Positions 29,397 through 38,333 of a stretch of 64,000 nucleotides of DNA are shown here, in pieces; the first letter of the stretch is position 1; each line of letters opens with the position of its first letter. Origin of the DNA: Clostridia bacterium (GTDB taxonomy: Bacteria; Bacillota; Clostridia; Christensenellales; UBA1242); assembly GCA_045588915.1 (NCBI GenBank), contig JAZNFA010000008.1:139744-203743 (forward strand), read 5' to 3'. The notes beneath the pieces are model-generated. The model ran no database searches. It was not told the origin of the DNA and saw nothing but the letters and a program-made list of their open reading frames with translations. The translations under genes were made by a program, and so were the position numbers.

Positions 29397-30537
29397 GGTG
29401 ACAACATTATTGGCTGTCAGCTTCGGTTTGTCCAACACAGGCTTGTCGAACAAAAACAACCAATTGGACGAAGAAAATAAAGACTTAAACGATGAAGTTC
29501 AAGAATTGAACAAAGTTGTCGACAAGTTGCAAGATACCATTGATAACTTGGATGAACATGCTGCCATTGCTACTTATGTTGTCGACGGTGCAGTTTGGCG
29601 CATTCAAATTGTTCAAAAAAATAAAGAATTTGAGTTGCCGGTAATAGAAGAAACTGATACTCAAGTTTATAATGGTTGGAAAATTGATGGTATTGGCGAA
29701 TCAATGACCAAATGCGCAATTACGGATGATACAGAATTTGTGCTTGATATGGTAAACAAGGACTGGGTCAAAGTTAATTGGTACGGTTTAAATAATTTCA
29801 ATGCAAACAACATTTGGACGGACGGTACCGATTATTATTACAGTGATGGTACATACCATTTCAAAAAAGATGCAGCGAACAACGCTTGGGAACAAGTAAC
29901 TTGGTCGGGTTTAACCGATTTTAAGGGACAATATGTTTGGAATTATAACGGCAAAACATATTATTCGTATGCTACTACGACAGGCGGAGGAAACAAAAAT
30001 TACGTTTTGAATACAGCTAACAATACGTGGCTCACCACCGGTTGGTCAGAATTTCTTGTAGGTAATTATATTTTTGTCATCGATGGAGTTTGTTACTATA
30101 ATGATATGACTTCTCCATTTACTGGTGAGTATAGGTTTGACGGTGAAACTTGGGAGAAAATTTCTGCTGGTAACATTATTGGTGGTTCTGTTTGGACTGA
30201 TGGAATTGATTTTTATGCTTGTAACACTACGCCAGGTCGGTATGGTGGTAATCTGATATGGAACCGTAATACTGGCAAATGGGAAACCATCTCGTGGAAA
30301 GGTGTGGTGGCTAATGCGACTGATGATAGAATGTATGGCCGTAATGTTTGGACGGACGGCACCAACTTGTATTATTCCAGTAGTGTAGCAAATGCCGTCA
30401 TTGATATTAAAAACCTTACTTTATCTGAAAAAACATGGATTGGTGGACCAAGTAGTTTGGATGGACAAGATATTTGGACGGACGGCGAAAACATTTATTA
30501 TTCAAACGGTAGCGAACAATATGTTTTTGCAAAATAA
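29341..30537 (+). CDS. Membrane-anchored surface repeat protein, shorter paralog (about 6 diverged WTDG..YYS units)
   Basis: Same N-terminus (MNNKLFRILILFISVC), coiled coil, B-repeat-like module (YVVDGAVW..YNGWKIDGIGE..TEFVLDM). Units IWTDGTDYYYS, VWNYNGKTYYS, VWTDGIDFYA, VWTDGTNLYYS and IWTDGENIYYS. Same C-terminal GSEQYV motif. Confidence 0.9.
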   Translation: MNNKLFRILILFISVCVASVTTLLAVSFGLSNTGLSNKNNQLDEENKDLNDEVQELNKVVDKLQDTIDNLDEHAAIATYVVDGAVWRIQIVQKNKEFELPVIEETDTQVYNGWKIDGIGESMTKCAITDDTEFVLDMVNKDWVKVNWYGLNNFNANNIWTDGTDYYYSDGTYHFKKDAANNAWEQVTWSGLTDFKGQYVWNYNGKTYYSYATTTGGGNKNYVLNTANNTWLTTGWSEFLVGNYIFVIDGVCYYNDMTSPFTGEYRFDGETWEKISAGNIIGGSVWTDGIDFYACNTTPGRYGGNLIWNRNTGKWETISWKGVVANATDDRMYGRNVWTDGTNLYYSSSVANAVIDIKNLTLSEKTWIGGPSSLDGQDIWTDGENIYYSNGSEQYVFAK

Positions 30538-30562
30538 TTAACATAAAAAAATCATTTGACTA

Positions 30563-30590
30563 TTGACATTTGATTGTTGTATGATATAAT
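30563..30590 (+). promoter_or_regulatory. Strong sigma-A promoter candidate for the infC operon (TTGACA-N16-TATAAT, TGA extended -10)
   Basis: Perfect hexamers read directly at 30563-30568 and 30585-30590. Confidence 0.65.
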
Positions 30591-30596
30591 TATAAT

Positions 30597-30746
30597 TGAA
30601 AAAAAGAAGAAATAACCATTTCTCACCTTACTTGCCGATTATTCGTGCGTGAAGGTCAACAAAAAATTACCCCCAAAATTTTTTGTGGAATGTATTAAGA
30701 AGTGGTTATTAACACTTCTTTTTTCATTATAAGGAGGTAATTTAAC
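30597..30746 (+). promoter_or_regulatory. infC-rpmI-rplT leader with intrinsic terminator (L20-leader-type attenuator candidate)
   Basis: Terminator AAGAAGTG-N8-CACTTCTT plus a T-run at 30697-30724. The 5' segment AAATAACCATTTCT (30610-30623) is complementary, with one mismatch, to the terminator 5' arm and loop (AAGAAGTGGTTATT), which gives an alternative antiterminator. Confidence 0.5.
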
Positions 30747-31286
30747 ATTTTTAAAGAATTGAAAATTAACAGCGAAATTTCTTGTCCGGAATTAAGGGTG
30801 ATTGGTGCTGATAATGAAATGATTGGAATCATCACTTTGGCTCAGGCATTGAAATTGGCCGATGAAGCAGGGTTGGATTTGGTTTTAATTACTGAAACTT
30901 CAAAACCACCTGTAGCGAAAATTATTGATTATTCAAAGTTTCGTTACGAACAAATTAAAAAAGAAAAAAACCAACGTAAAGAACAACGCAAGAATATGAT
31001 TGATATTAAAGAAGTTCAATTATCAATCGGTATTCAAGAAAACGAAATTGCTTTCAAATTGAATAAAGCTCGTGAGTTCATTATGGATGGTGACAAAGTA
31101 AAAGTTTGTATCAATCGCTTACGTGGTCGAAAAACTCAATTAGCAGATAAAGGTGTCGCTGTGGTATCACAATTTGCTGAAAGAATGTTGGATATTGCCG
31201 ATATTGAAACTCCAGTTGCAAAATCTGGTGTACCGGGACGTAACATTAACATTATGGCTATGTTAGCCCCCAAAAAAAAGAAATAA
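30747..31286 (+). CDS. infC: Translation initiation factor IF-3, probable ATT start (the ORF track's TTG at 30759 is the alternative)
   Basis: KINSEISCPELRVIGADNEMIGI matches the IF-3 N-domain. In-frame ATT at 30747 lies 9 nt after GGAGG, with an in-frame stop at 30738-30740. Confidence 0.9.
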   Translation: MFKELKINSEISCPELRVIGADNEMIGIITLAQALKLADEAGLDLVLITETSKPPVAKIIDYSKFRYEQIKKEKNQRKEQRKNMIDIKEVQLSIGIQENEIAFKLNKAREFIMDGDKVKVCINRLRGRKTQLADKGVAVVSQFAERMLDIADIETPVAKSGVPGRNINIMAMLAPKKKK

Positions 31287-31302
31287 AGGAGAGAATGAGA
31301 TT

Positions 31303-31494
31303 ATGCCCAAGATGAAAACTCATAGCGGTGCTAAAAAAAGATTTAAAGCTCGCAAAAATGACGTTAAACGTGCGATGAAAAATAAGAATCACATCTTAAA
31401 CAAAAAAACACGTGAACGCAAACGTAAATTACGTCACGGTGCTGTTGTAAGTAGTTCTGACGAAAAAACAATTAGGAGGTTGATTCAAAAATGA
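31303..31494 (+). CDS. rpmI: 50S ribosomal protein L35
   Basis: [16 protein letters not shown]-terminus, 63 aa, SD AAGGAGAG. Confidence 0.96.
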   Translation: MPKMKTHSGAKKRFKARKNDVKRAMKNKNHILNKKTRERKRKLRHGAVVSSSDEKTIRRLIQK

Positions 31495-31844
31495 GAATTA
31501 AACGTAGTGTCAATGCTTTGAAGAAACGTCGTAAGACCTTAAAATTAGCGAAAGGTTATCGTGCTACCAAATCAAACTTGTATCGTGTTGCTCGTGAACA
31601 AGTTATGAAATCTGGTCAATATGCTTATGTTGGTCGTCGTTTGAAAAAACGTGATTTCCGTAAGTTATGGATTGCTCGTATTAACGCTGCTGCTCGTCAA
31701 AATGATATTACTTACAGTCGTTTGATGGATGGTTTGAAAAAAGCTAACATTAACATTAACCGTAAGATGTTGTCAGAATTGGCTATTAACGATGCTGCTG
31801 CATTTGCATCTTTAGTAGAAACAGCAAAGAAGAATTTGGCGTAA
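31491..31844 (+). CDS. rplT: 50S ribosomal protein L20
   Basis: [24 protein letters not shown].. Overlaps the rpmI stop (ATGA). Confidence 0.96.
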   Translation: MRIKRSVNALKKRRKTLKLAKGYRATKSNLYRVAREQVMKSGQYAYVGRRLKKRDFRKLWIARINAAARQNDITYSRLMDGLKKANININRKMLSELAINDAAAFASLVETAKKNLA

Positions 31845-31847
31845 CCG

Positions 31848-32480
31848 ATGGAAATAACAACTAAGATTTTAAAGAAACTTCTTGCCAAAAAATATAGGCA
31901 GGAGTTTTCTTTATGTATACTTGAGGGTGAAAAAATTATCAATGACAATATGGATTTGGTAGTAAAAATCTTTCCTGAAGATACGTTAAAAAATTTAGAA
32001 AATTATCACGGTCGTGTGGCTGTGGCGCGCATTCCGCAACCAACTACGCCGACCACTCCTTTTTTAGTGCTTGATCGCATTCAAGACCCAGGTAATATGG
32101 GTACATTATTGCGTACAGCATTTGCTTTTGGTTTTAAAACAATTTACACAATTGATTGTGTTGATCCTTATTCCCCTAAGGTTATACGTGCCAGCAGTGG
32201 AATGGGATTACGTTTAAATATTATTGATACGGATTATGACAGTTTGCCGACTAATACTTTGTATTATTTAGCTGATTTGGGTGGAAGCAATCCAACACCA
32301 ATTAAAGAGACGAACTATGGAATTGTGTTAGGTAATGAAGGTCAGGGTATCAATCCAATTTTTTATCAAAAGCCACACAAAGTAGTTACTATTCCGATGG
32401 TTACCGATTGCGAATCTTTAAACGTAGCAGTTGCAGGTGGCATCATTATGTGTTATACTCATTTCTATGAGTGGACATAA
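31848..32480 (+). CDS. TrmH/SpoU family RNA 2'-O-methyltransferase
   Basis: DRIQDPGNMGTLLRTA, LGNEGQGI and SLNVAVAGGI motifs. Confidence 0.85.
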   Translation: MEITTKILKKLLAKKYRQEFSLCILEGEKIINDNMDLVVKIFPEDTLKNLENYHGRVAVARIPQPTTPTTPFLVLDRIQDPGNMGTLLRTAFAFGFKTIYTIDCVDPYSPKVIRASSGMGLRLNIIDTDYDSLPTNTLYYLADLGGSNPTPIKETNYGIVLGNEGQGINPIFYQKPHKVVTIPMVTDCESLNVAVAGGIIMCYTHFYEWT

Positions 32481-33180
32481 TAAATGGAGTAAAATACATC
32501 GTAAAAAAGGTCTTGCCGACGCAGCACGTAGTAACGTTTATACCAAACTAGGTAAAGAAATTATTGTTGCTGTTAAAATGGGAGGCAGTGGTGATCCTGA
32601 ATTAAATAGCAAATTAAAAGAAGTCATTGCTAAAGCAAAAAGTAATAATATGCCAAACGACAATATTAAACGTGCTATTGCGAAAGGGCTTGGCGATGGC
32701 AATGATGCTAACTATGATGCTATGGTTTATGAAGGTTATGGTCCAGCTGGTGTTGCTGTGATTGTTGAAGCCTTAACCAATAACAAAAATCGTACTGCCG
32801 GTGATGTACGTTCTTATTTTGATAAATCTGGTGGTGCATTGGGTGTTTCCGGTTCGGTTTCATTTTTATTTAATCGTTTAGGTTTAATTAGTATTGCTAA
32901 CCAAACCGAAGATAATTTGTTAGAAATTTTGATTGATAGTCCAATTGAAGATATGTCTACCGAAGATGATATTGTAACGATTACAGTAAAACCAGAAAAT
33001 TTTAATGGTGTTTTAACTGTTTTAGAGCAAAATAAAATCCAAACTGAAAGTGCAGAAATTGCAATGGTTCCAATGTCGACTGTTGCTATTCCTGATGATA
33101 AAGTTGCAAGTTTCGAAAAGTTAATTGATACATTGGAAAATAACGAAGACGTACAAGCGGTTTATCACAATGCCGAATAA
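32467..33180 (+). CDS. yebC: YebC/PmpR family DNA-binding regulatory protein
   Basis: MSGHNKWSKIHRKKG N-terminus and YEGYGPAGVAVIVE block. Confidence 0.93.
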   Translation: MSGHNKWSKIHRKKGLADAARSNVYTKLGKEIIVAVKMGGSGDPELNSKLKEVIAKAKSNNMPNDNIKRAIAKGLGDGNDANYDAMVYEGYGPAGVAVIVEALTNNKNRTAGDVRSYFDKSGGALGVSGSVSFLFNRLGLISIANQTEDNLLEILIDSPIEDMSTEDDIVTITVKPENFNGVLTVLEQNKIQTESAEIAMVPMSTVAIPDDKVASFEKLIDTLENNEDVQAVYHNAE

Positions 33181-33670
33181 AGTTATTATGGGAATTGACC
33201 CTGGCTTTGGGATTATGGGCTGGGGCGTAATTAAGTTGTCGGATGAAGAAATTAGTTTAATTGATTACGGTGCAATTGAAACCGACAAAGAACAAGACTT
33301 TGGTCAACGTTTATGTCAAATTAACGACCGTTTAGCCAGTCTTTTTGAAGAATATAAACCTGATGACATTGCGATTGAGGAATTGTTTTTTGCTGCCAAT
33401 GTTACTACTGGATTAAAAGTTGCAGCAGCTCGTGGGATCGCTTTGATGCGCGCAACGTATTATCATGGTGAGGTTTTTAATTATAAACCTAACCAAATCA
33501 AAATTGCGATTACTGGTGGTTGCAAGGCTAAGAAAAAAGAAATGCAAGCCGCAGTCGGTAAAATTCTTAATCAAGAACAAAAAATTAAACCAGACGATGC
33601 TGCTGATGCTTTGGCAATTGCACTTACGCACGCTTTTACTTTATGCGGAGGTCTTTCCCCTCAAAAATAA
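33170..33670 (+). CDS. ruvC: Crossover junction endodeoxyribonuclease RuvC
   Basis: GIDPGFG.. first Asp motif, IEELFF, and DAADALAIALTH at the C-terminus. Confidence 0.9.
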   Translation: MPNKVIMGIDPGFGIMGWGVIKLSDEEISLIDYGAIETDKEQDFGQRLCQINDRLASLFEEYKPDDIAIEELFFAANVTTGLKVAAARGIALMRATYYHGEVFNYKPNQIKIAITGGCKAKKKEMQAAVGKILNQEQKIKPDDAADALAIALTHAFTLCGGLSPQK

Positions 33671-34364
33671 TTGCAACACATTTTGCTTTATCAAAAATAC
33701 GCCCAAAGATACGGTCTTCATAGCGATTTGAAATTTGGTCTTTTGATAGATTGGTTGTAATAATTAAAGATTTGTTATTACTGTATCTTTCGTTAATTAC
33801 GGTGTAGAGTAATTCGTCACCGTTTTTTATGGATGGTTCAGCACCTAAATCATCAATAATAAGTAAATCACTTTCAAAGAAATCGTTTGGTACGGCATTA
33901 TCTTGACCAAATAAATGATCTTTCATTCTTTTAATTAAATTGAAAGTATTTGTAAAATGAACCTTAAAACCATTTTGTGATAAAATATTTTCAATAAGTT
34001 TAGCGCAATAAGTTTTACCAGTTCCTGTTGGTCCAGTCAAAATTAAACTTTTAATTTTATTTGGGAAAGTGTTGATATATTGATTAAGTGATTCTAAAAT
34101 TTTTGAATCAATTTTTTTGCAAACCGTAAGGTCAAATTTCTCTTTTGGTTGATTTTCGGTATCAAGGTTTTTAATATAGCTTAAAAGCTCTTGGTCACGT
34201 TTTTCTTTGAGTTGAAGATATTTTTGTTTATCAATTTCTGGATTGTTTTTTCCTAATTCGTAAGCCATTGTACGGACTTGGTCATCAAGTTCTCGAAATT
34301 TTTTACTTTTTCTTGCATTTACGATTAAATCATAACGATAAAAATTTGCTGACATCAGTTTCAA
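33636..34364 (-). CDS. dnaI: DnaI/DnaC-type helicase loader ATPase
   Basis: Walker A LTGPTGTGKTY, Walker B LLIIDDLGAE. Follows a DnaD/DnaB-like gene as in the Bacillus dnaB-dnaI pair. Confidence 0.85.
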   Translation of the reverse strand: MKLMSANFYRYDLIVNARKSKKFRELDDQVRTMAYELGKNNPEIDKQKYLQLKEKRDQELLSYIKNLDTENQPKEKFDLTVCKKIDSKILESLNQYINTFPNKIKSLILTGPTGTGKTYCAKLIENILSQNGFKVHFTNTFNLIKRMKDHLFGQDNAVPNDFFESDLLIIDDLGAEPSIKNGDELLYTVINERYSNNKSLIITTNLSKDQISNRYEDRIFGRIFDKAKCVAIIFEGKDLRIK

Positions 34365-35058
34365 CCTCCTTTAATTCCTCTTCAGAATAACTGTGTTTAA
34401 TGAATTCTTTATTTGTAGGTTTCTTTTTGCGTATTTCTTTAATCAATGCTGTAAGCGCATTTTGGTCTTGTTGTGCTAATTTGAATTTCTCGGCAACAGC
34501 TGTATAAGTGGTTAAGCCTTCATAGGCTAAATTTTTTGCAACTGTAAGAATGTAAGCATAACCAACAGTAAAGCCTTTAATTTGCACGCAATTTTTAATA
34601 ACTAATAACAGGGCATCGGGTTCAAAGTGCATACTTTCCATAAAAGCATAGTATTCGTGGTATTCGGTTGTTGTTATCATACGACCATCTAAAATAGCTT
34701 GCGCTTTCGTGTTAAATTCGTCGTATTGACCTTTGGGTAATTCGCGAACTTTGGCCGAGTTGCGTTTAATTGGTAAGTATTTTATTTCAAAAGGAATCGT
34801 GTCTAAAACTTGGACTAAGTTTTGTTTTTCCCAGTATTCAAAAGCATCTTTAATGTTGGCAGCACTAATACCGAGTTTGGTACTCATTGCTTCAATTGTA
34901 TTGTCTGCACTAGTTGCATTTTGACATAAATATAAACCATACAAGTAAACACGAACACAATCGCCGTTTGCGTACGGCAAATGTTCTTCAAAAAAAATAT
35001 TTGAAATGTTTGTGTATCCGGTGGATGCATAACCACGTGAAAATGATACTAAACCCAT
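34330..35058 (-). CDS. DnaD/DnaB(2)-domain replication initiation protein
   Basis: N-terminal winged-helix region (MSTKLGISAANIKDAFEYWEKQNLV) and a C-terminal DnaB_2-like region. Translationally overlaps the dnaI-like gene. Confidence 0.75.
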   Translation of the reverse strand: MGLVSFSRGYASTGYTNISNIFFEEHLPYANGDCVRVYLYGLYLCQNATSADNTIEAMSTKLGISAANIKDAFEYWEKQNLVQVLDTIPFEIKYLPIKRNSAKVRELPKGQYDEFNTKAQAILDGRMITTTEYHEYYAFMESMHFEPDALLLVIKNCVQIKGFTVGYAYILTVAKNLAYEGLTTYTAVAEKFKLAQQDQNALTALIKEIRKKKPTNKEFIKHSYSEEELKEVETDVSKFLSL

Positions 35059-35071
35059 AAAAATAATTATA

Positions 35072-35917
35072 TCATTGAATTGGGATGAGTGGCAAGCGTA
35101 ATACATTTTTTATTAGCCCACGATGAGCTAATTCATATTTTATCGGAATTGGATTAACAATGCGAAAAAGTGATTCATAAAAGGGAAGTTCTTTTTGAAA
35201 AATGTTTAAAGCAATTTGAATTTTACCGTTATTGTAAGCTTGCCAAATCTTCTTTAAAGGTGCAACTTCGATGTTTGATGCAACTGATATGATTCCTCGG
35301 CAGCCAACAGCGTAAGCAGGTAAAGATAAGGTATCATCACCACAATAAACAGCTGTATTAGTGCATAGGTTTACAACTTGTGTAATTTGGTGAATATTTC
35401 CGCTTGCTTCTTTGATTCCTGCTATATTAGGTAATGAAGCAATACGGACCATAGTTTCTGGTGTTATGTTGACCCCTGTGCGTGAGGGTATGTTATAAAC
35501 AATTGTTGGTAATGTTATGTTTTCAGTGATTGTTTTAAAGTACTGATAGATTCCGTCTTGCGAACTTTTGTTGTAATAGGGTGCTGTTACCATAATTCCG
35601 ACTTTTTGTTGTTTGTTATTTGTGACTTGTTTAACATATTTGCCGAGTTCAATAATTCTTGCTGGGTCATTGCCACCAATGCCGAAAATTATGGGTATAC
35701 GATTTTGCACTGTTTTTACAGCACATTCTATAATGGCGTAACGTTCTTGATTTGATAAAGTTGAAATTTCGCCAGTTGTTCCTAAAATGATGAGTGCATC
35801 AACTTGCATTTGTATTTGTCGCTCGATTAATTTCTCTAATGTTGGAAAATCTACTTGTTGGTTGGTTTTAAATGGTGTAACTAAGGCAGTTGCAATTCCC
35901 GTAAAAATTGGTTCCAT
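35072..35917 (-). CDS. dapA: 4-hydroxy-tetrahydrodipicolinate synthase
   Basis: ALVTPF, ILGTTGE and YNIPSRTG motifs, 281 aa. Confidence 0.92.
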   Translation of the reverse strand: MEPIFTGIATALVTPFKTNQQVDFPTLEKLIERQIQMQVDALIILGTTGEISTLSNQERYAIIECAVKTVQNRIPIIFGIGGNDPARIIELGKYVKQVTNNKQQKVGIMVTAPYYNKSSQDGIYQYFKTITENITLPTIVYNIPSRTGVNITPETMVRIASLPNIAGIKEASGNIHQITQVVNLCTNTAVYCGDDTLSLPAYAVGCRGIISVASNIEVAPLKKIWQAYNNGKIQIALNIFQKELPFYESLFRIVNPIPIKYELAHRGLIKNVLRLPLIPIQ

Positions 35918-35980
35918 AGTTTGGTATATGAGAGACGCGTAGAAATTGGTAACTTATTGGAAATAAAATAATTTGTAGAC

Positions 35981-37399
35981 ATGCAAAATTTATGGTATAA
36001 TTATTCTTATATGAATAAAACAGGGGCAATTGTAAAATATTGCGTAATTTGTGTTATTGTAGCACTTGCTGCAATATTGTGTTTTGCTGAGTTTACTATT
36101 CCATTTACAAATACTAAATATGTTGGGTGCTATCAAGCAATTAAAAACAAAATGGGTATTGATTTGAATGGTGGTGTTTCGGCAGTATTTAACGTTGTGG
36201 CATCAGAAAACAGCTCTGATTTAGAAGCTGAAGTTGATGCAACAATACATCGTGTAAAAAATACATTATCTGAACAAGGTTATTTGGAAGCATCTGTTAC
36301 TCGTCAGGGTACTGCATCCGGATATAAAATTCGTATCGAAGTACCAGGTATGAAAGATACCCAAGAAATTATGGATGCAATCGGTACGCCAGCTAATATT
36401 GAATTTTTAGAACCAAGTGACGAACAGCAACCTACTTATGCTGCAGAAAAAGTGTTCTTAGTTGGTGAAGATATTAAAAGTGTTGAAGTCATTTCTGACC
36501 CTGAAGATGTTTCCAATTATGCTTTGCAATTAACTTTTACTGATCAAGGAAAAATAAAATTTCGTGAAAAAGTTAAAGATGCTGGTGGAAAATTTATGGC
36601 GATTTTTTCAAATGAAGAGTTGATTAGCTCACCACAAATTTCATCTGAAAATGCTAGTACGTTAGGTTCTGATGGTAAAGTTTTAATTACAGGTTCTTAT
36701 ACGAAAGAAAGTGCTGAGGCTTTTGCTTTGCAAATTGAGTCTGGTTTATACACTGTAGAATTAAGTATTGGTGAAATGAGTTATATTCCAGCAACTTTGG
36801 GTGAAGGTGCGATTTTTGCAGGTTTGATTGCTTTGGCTATTGGTTTACTTCTAATTTTTGTGTTAATGGTCATTGTTTACCGTGATTTCGGATGGATTGC
36901 TAATTTATCATTGATAATTTATACAATTATATTTGTTTTCTTCTTGGCGATTATTGATTCAATTCAATTAACATTGCCAGGTATTGCAGGTATTATTTTA
37001 TCAATTGGTATGGCAGTTGACGCTTATGTGTTAATTTTTGAACAAATTAAAGAAGAGTATCGTTCAGGTAAGCGTTTGGGTGCAGCTGTTCATTCTGGGT
37101 TTAATAAATCAATTGTAACCATTATAGATGCTAATGTAACAACGATTATTGTTAGCGTTATCTTATATATCTTAAGTTCTGGTTCAATTCGTGGCTTTGC
37201 TATCACATTAGCATTAGGTGTGGCAATTTCAATGTTTGTTGGTTTAGTTATAACTCGTAGTTTGGCAAAACTTTATTTGTATATTAACCCAGATAATGCT
37301 AAACGTATGAATATTAAGGATTCTGATGTTCAACAAATCGAAGAACAACAGGTCGTTGTTCCTCAAAAACGCAAATTAAATATGGATGGTGCTAAATGA
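35981..37399 (+). CDS. secD: Protein translocase subunit SecD (start uncertain, 35981 or 36011, no SD at either)
   Basis: Large periplasmic-type loop followed by 5 C-terminal TMs with the GIAGIILSIGMAVDA motif. TTGTAG-N17-TATAAT (35973-36001) would place the TSS next to 36011. Confidence 0.9.
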   Translation: MQNLWYNYSYMNKTGAIVKYCVICVIVALAAILCFAEFTIPFTNTKYVGCYQAIKNKMGIDLNGGVSAVFNVVASENSSDLEAEVDATIHRVKNTLSEQGYLEASVTRQGTASGYKIRIEVPGMKDTQEIMDAIGTPANIEFLEPSDEQQPTYAAEKVFLVGEDIKSVEVISDPEDVSNYALQLTFTDQGKIKFREKVKDAGGKFMAIFSNEELISSPQISSENASTLGSDGKVLITGSYTKESAEAFALQIESGLYTVELSIGEMSYIPATLGEGAIFAGLIALAIGLLLIFVLMVIVYRDFGWIANLSLIIYTIIFVFFLAIIDSIQLTLPGIAGIILSIGMAVDAYVLIFEQIKEEYRSGKRLGAAVHSGFNKSIVTIIDANVTTIIVSVILYILSSGSIRGFAITLALGVAISMFVGLVITRSLAKLYLYINPDNAKRMNIKDSDVQQIEEQQVVVPQKRKLNMDGAK

Positions 37400-38322
37400 A
37401 ATTGATTACTAATCTTAAAAATAAAAATTTTGATTTTGTTCGATATGGTCGTTGGTTTTATATTGCTCCGGCAATAATTTTAGCGTTTGGAATTTTAATG
37501 TTAGCGATTTTTGGCTTGAATTTGGGTCTGGATTTTACAGGTGGTACAATCGTTAAAGTAAATGCTGATGGTGAATATAGTAAAGCTGAAATCCAGGATA
37601 AAATGGATGATTACAACGTTAAGTATACAATTACAAAAGAACAAAGCACTAGTGGTGGTAATACTTTCTCAATTAAATTTAACGCTGAAGATAAGACAAA
37701 TGATATCACAACCGAATTAGAAAGTTATTTTGAAGATGATTTTATCGAATATACAACTTCTACAGATACAACAATTAAAGAAACAGTTATGACAGTATTT
37801 TGGTCAATTTTGGCAGCTTTGGGCGCCTTAATTATCTATATGTTAATACGCTTTAAGTTTACAGCAGGTATGGCAACAATTTTGGCATTGATGCATGACG
37901 TTTTAATGATTGGTGCTTTAATGGCTATTTTCCAAATTGAAATTAATGCATCATTTATTGCGGCCGTATTAACTGTTATGGCGTATTCAATTAATAATAG
38001 TTTAGTTGTTTTTGACCGTGTTCGTACATTAGAAAAAAATAATACGGAAAACCATAAGTTAGATTATTTGGTTAATAAATCAATCAATAGCACTCTTGGT
38101 CGTAGTATATTAACAATGGTAACAACATTAGGTACATTGTTAGTTTTGACTGTCATCAGTTTAATCATGCAATTATCGACATTGATTGAATTTGCTTTAC
38201 CGATTGTTTTTGGTTTATTAGCTGGTACATATTCTTCGTTATTTTTAATTGCACCTTTGTATATGCAATTTGAAACAGCACGTCTTCTTACAAAACAACG
38301 CAAAATTAATGTTCAAAAATAA
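37396..38322 (+). CDS. secF: Protein translocase subunit SecF
   Basis: GLDFTGGT motif and C-terminal TM bundle. Overlaps the secD stop (ATGA). Confidence 0.92.
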   Translation: MKLITNLKNKNFDFVRYGRWFYIAPAIILAFGILMLAIFGLNLGLDFTGGTIVKVNADGEYSKAEIQDKMDDYNVKYTITKEQSTSGGNTFSIKFNAEDKTNDITTELESYFEDDFIEYTTSTDTTIKETVMTVFWSILAALGALIIYMLIRFKFTAGMATILALMHDVLMIGALMAIFQIEINASFIAAVLTVMAYSINNSLVVFDRVRTLEKNNTENHKLDYLVNKSINSTLGRSILTMVTTLGTLLVLTVISLIMQLSTLIEFALPIVFGLLAGTYSSLFLIAPLYMQFETARLLTKQRKINVQK

Positions 38323-38333
38323 TATACATTGAT

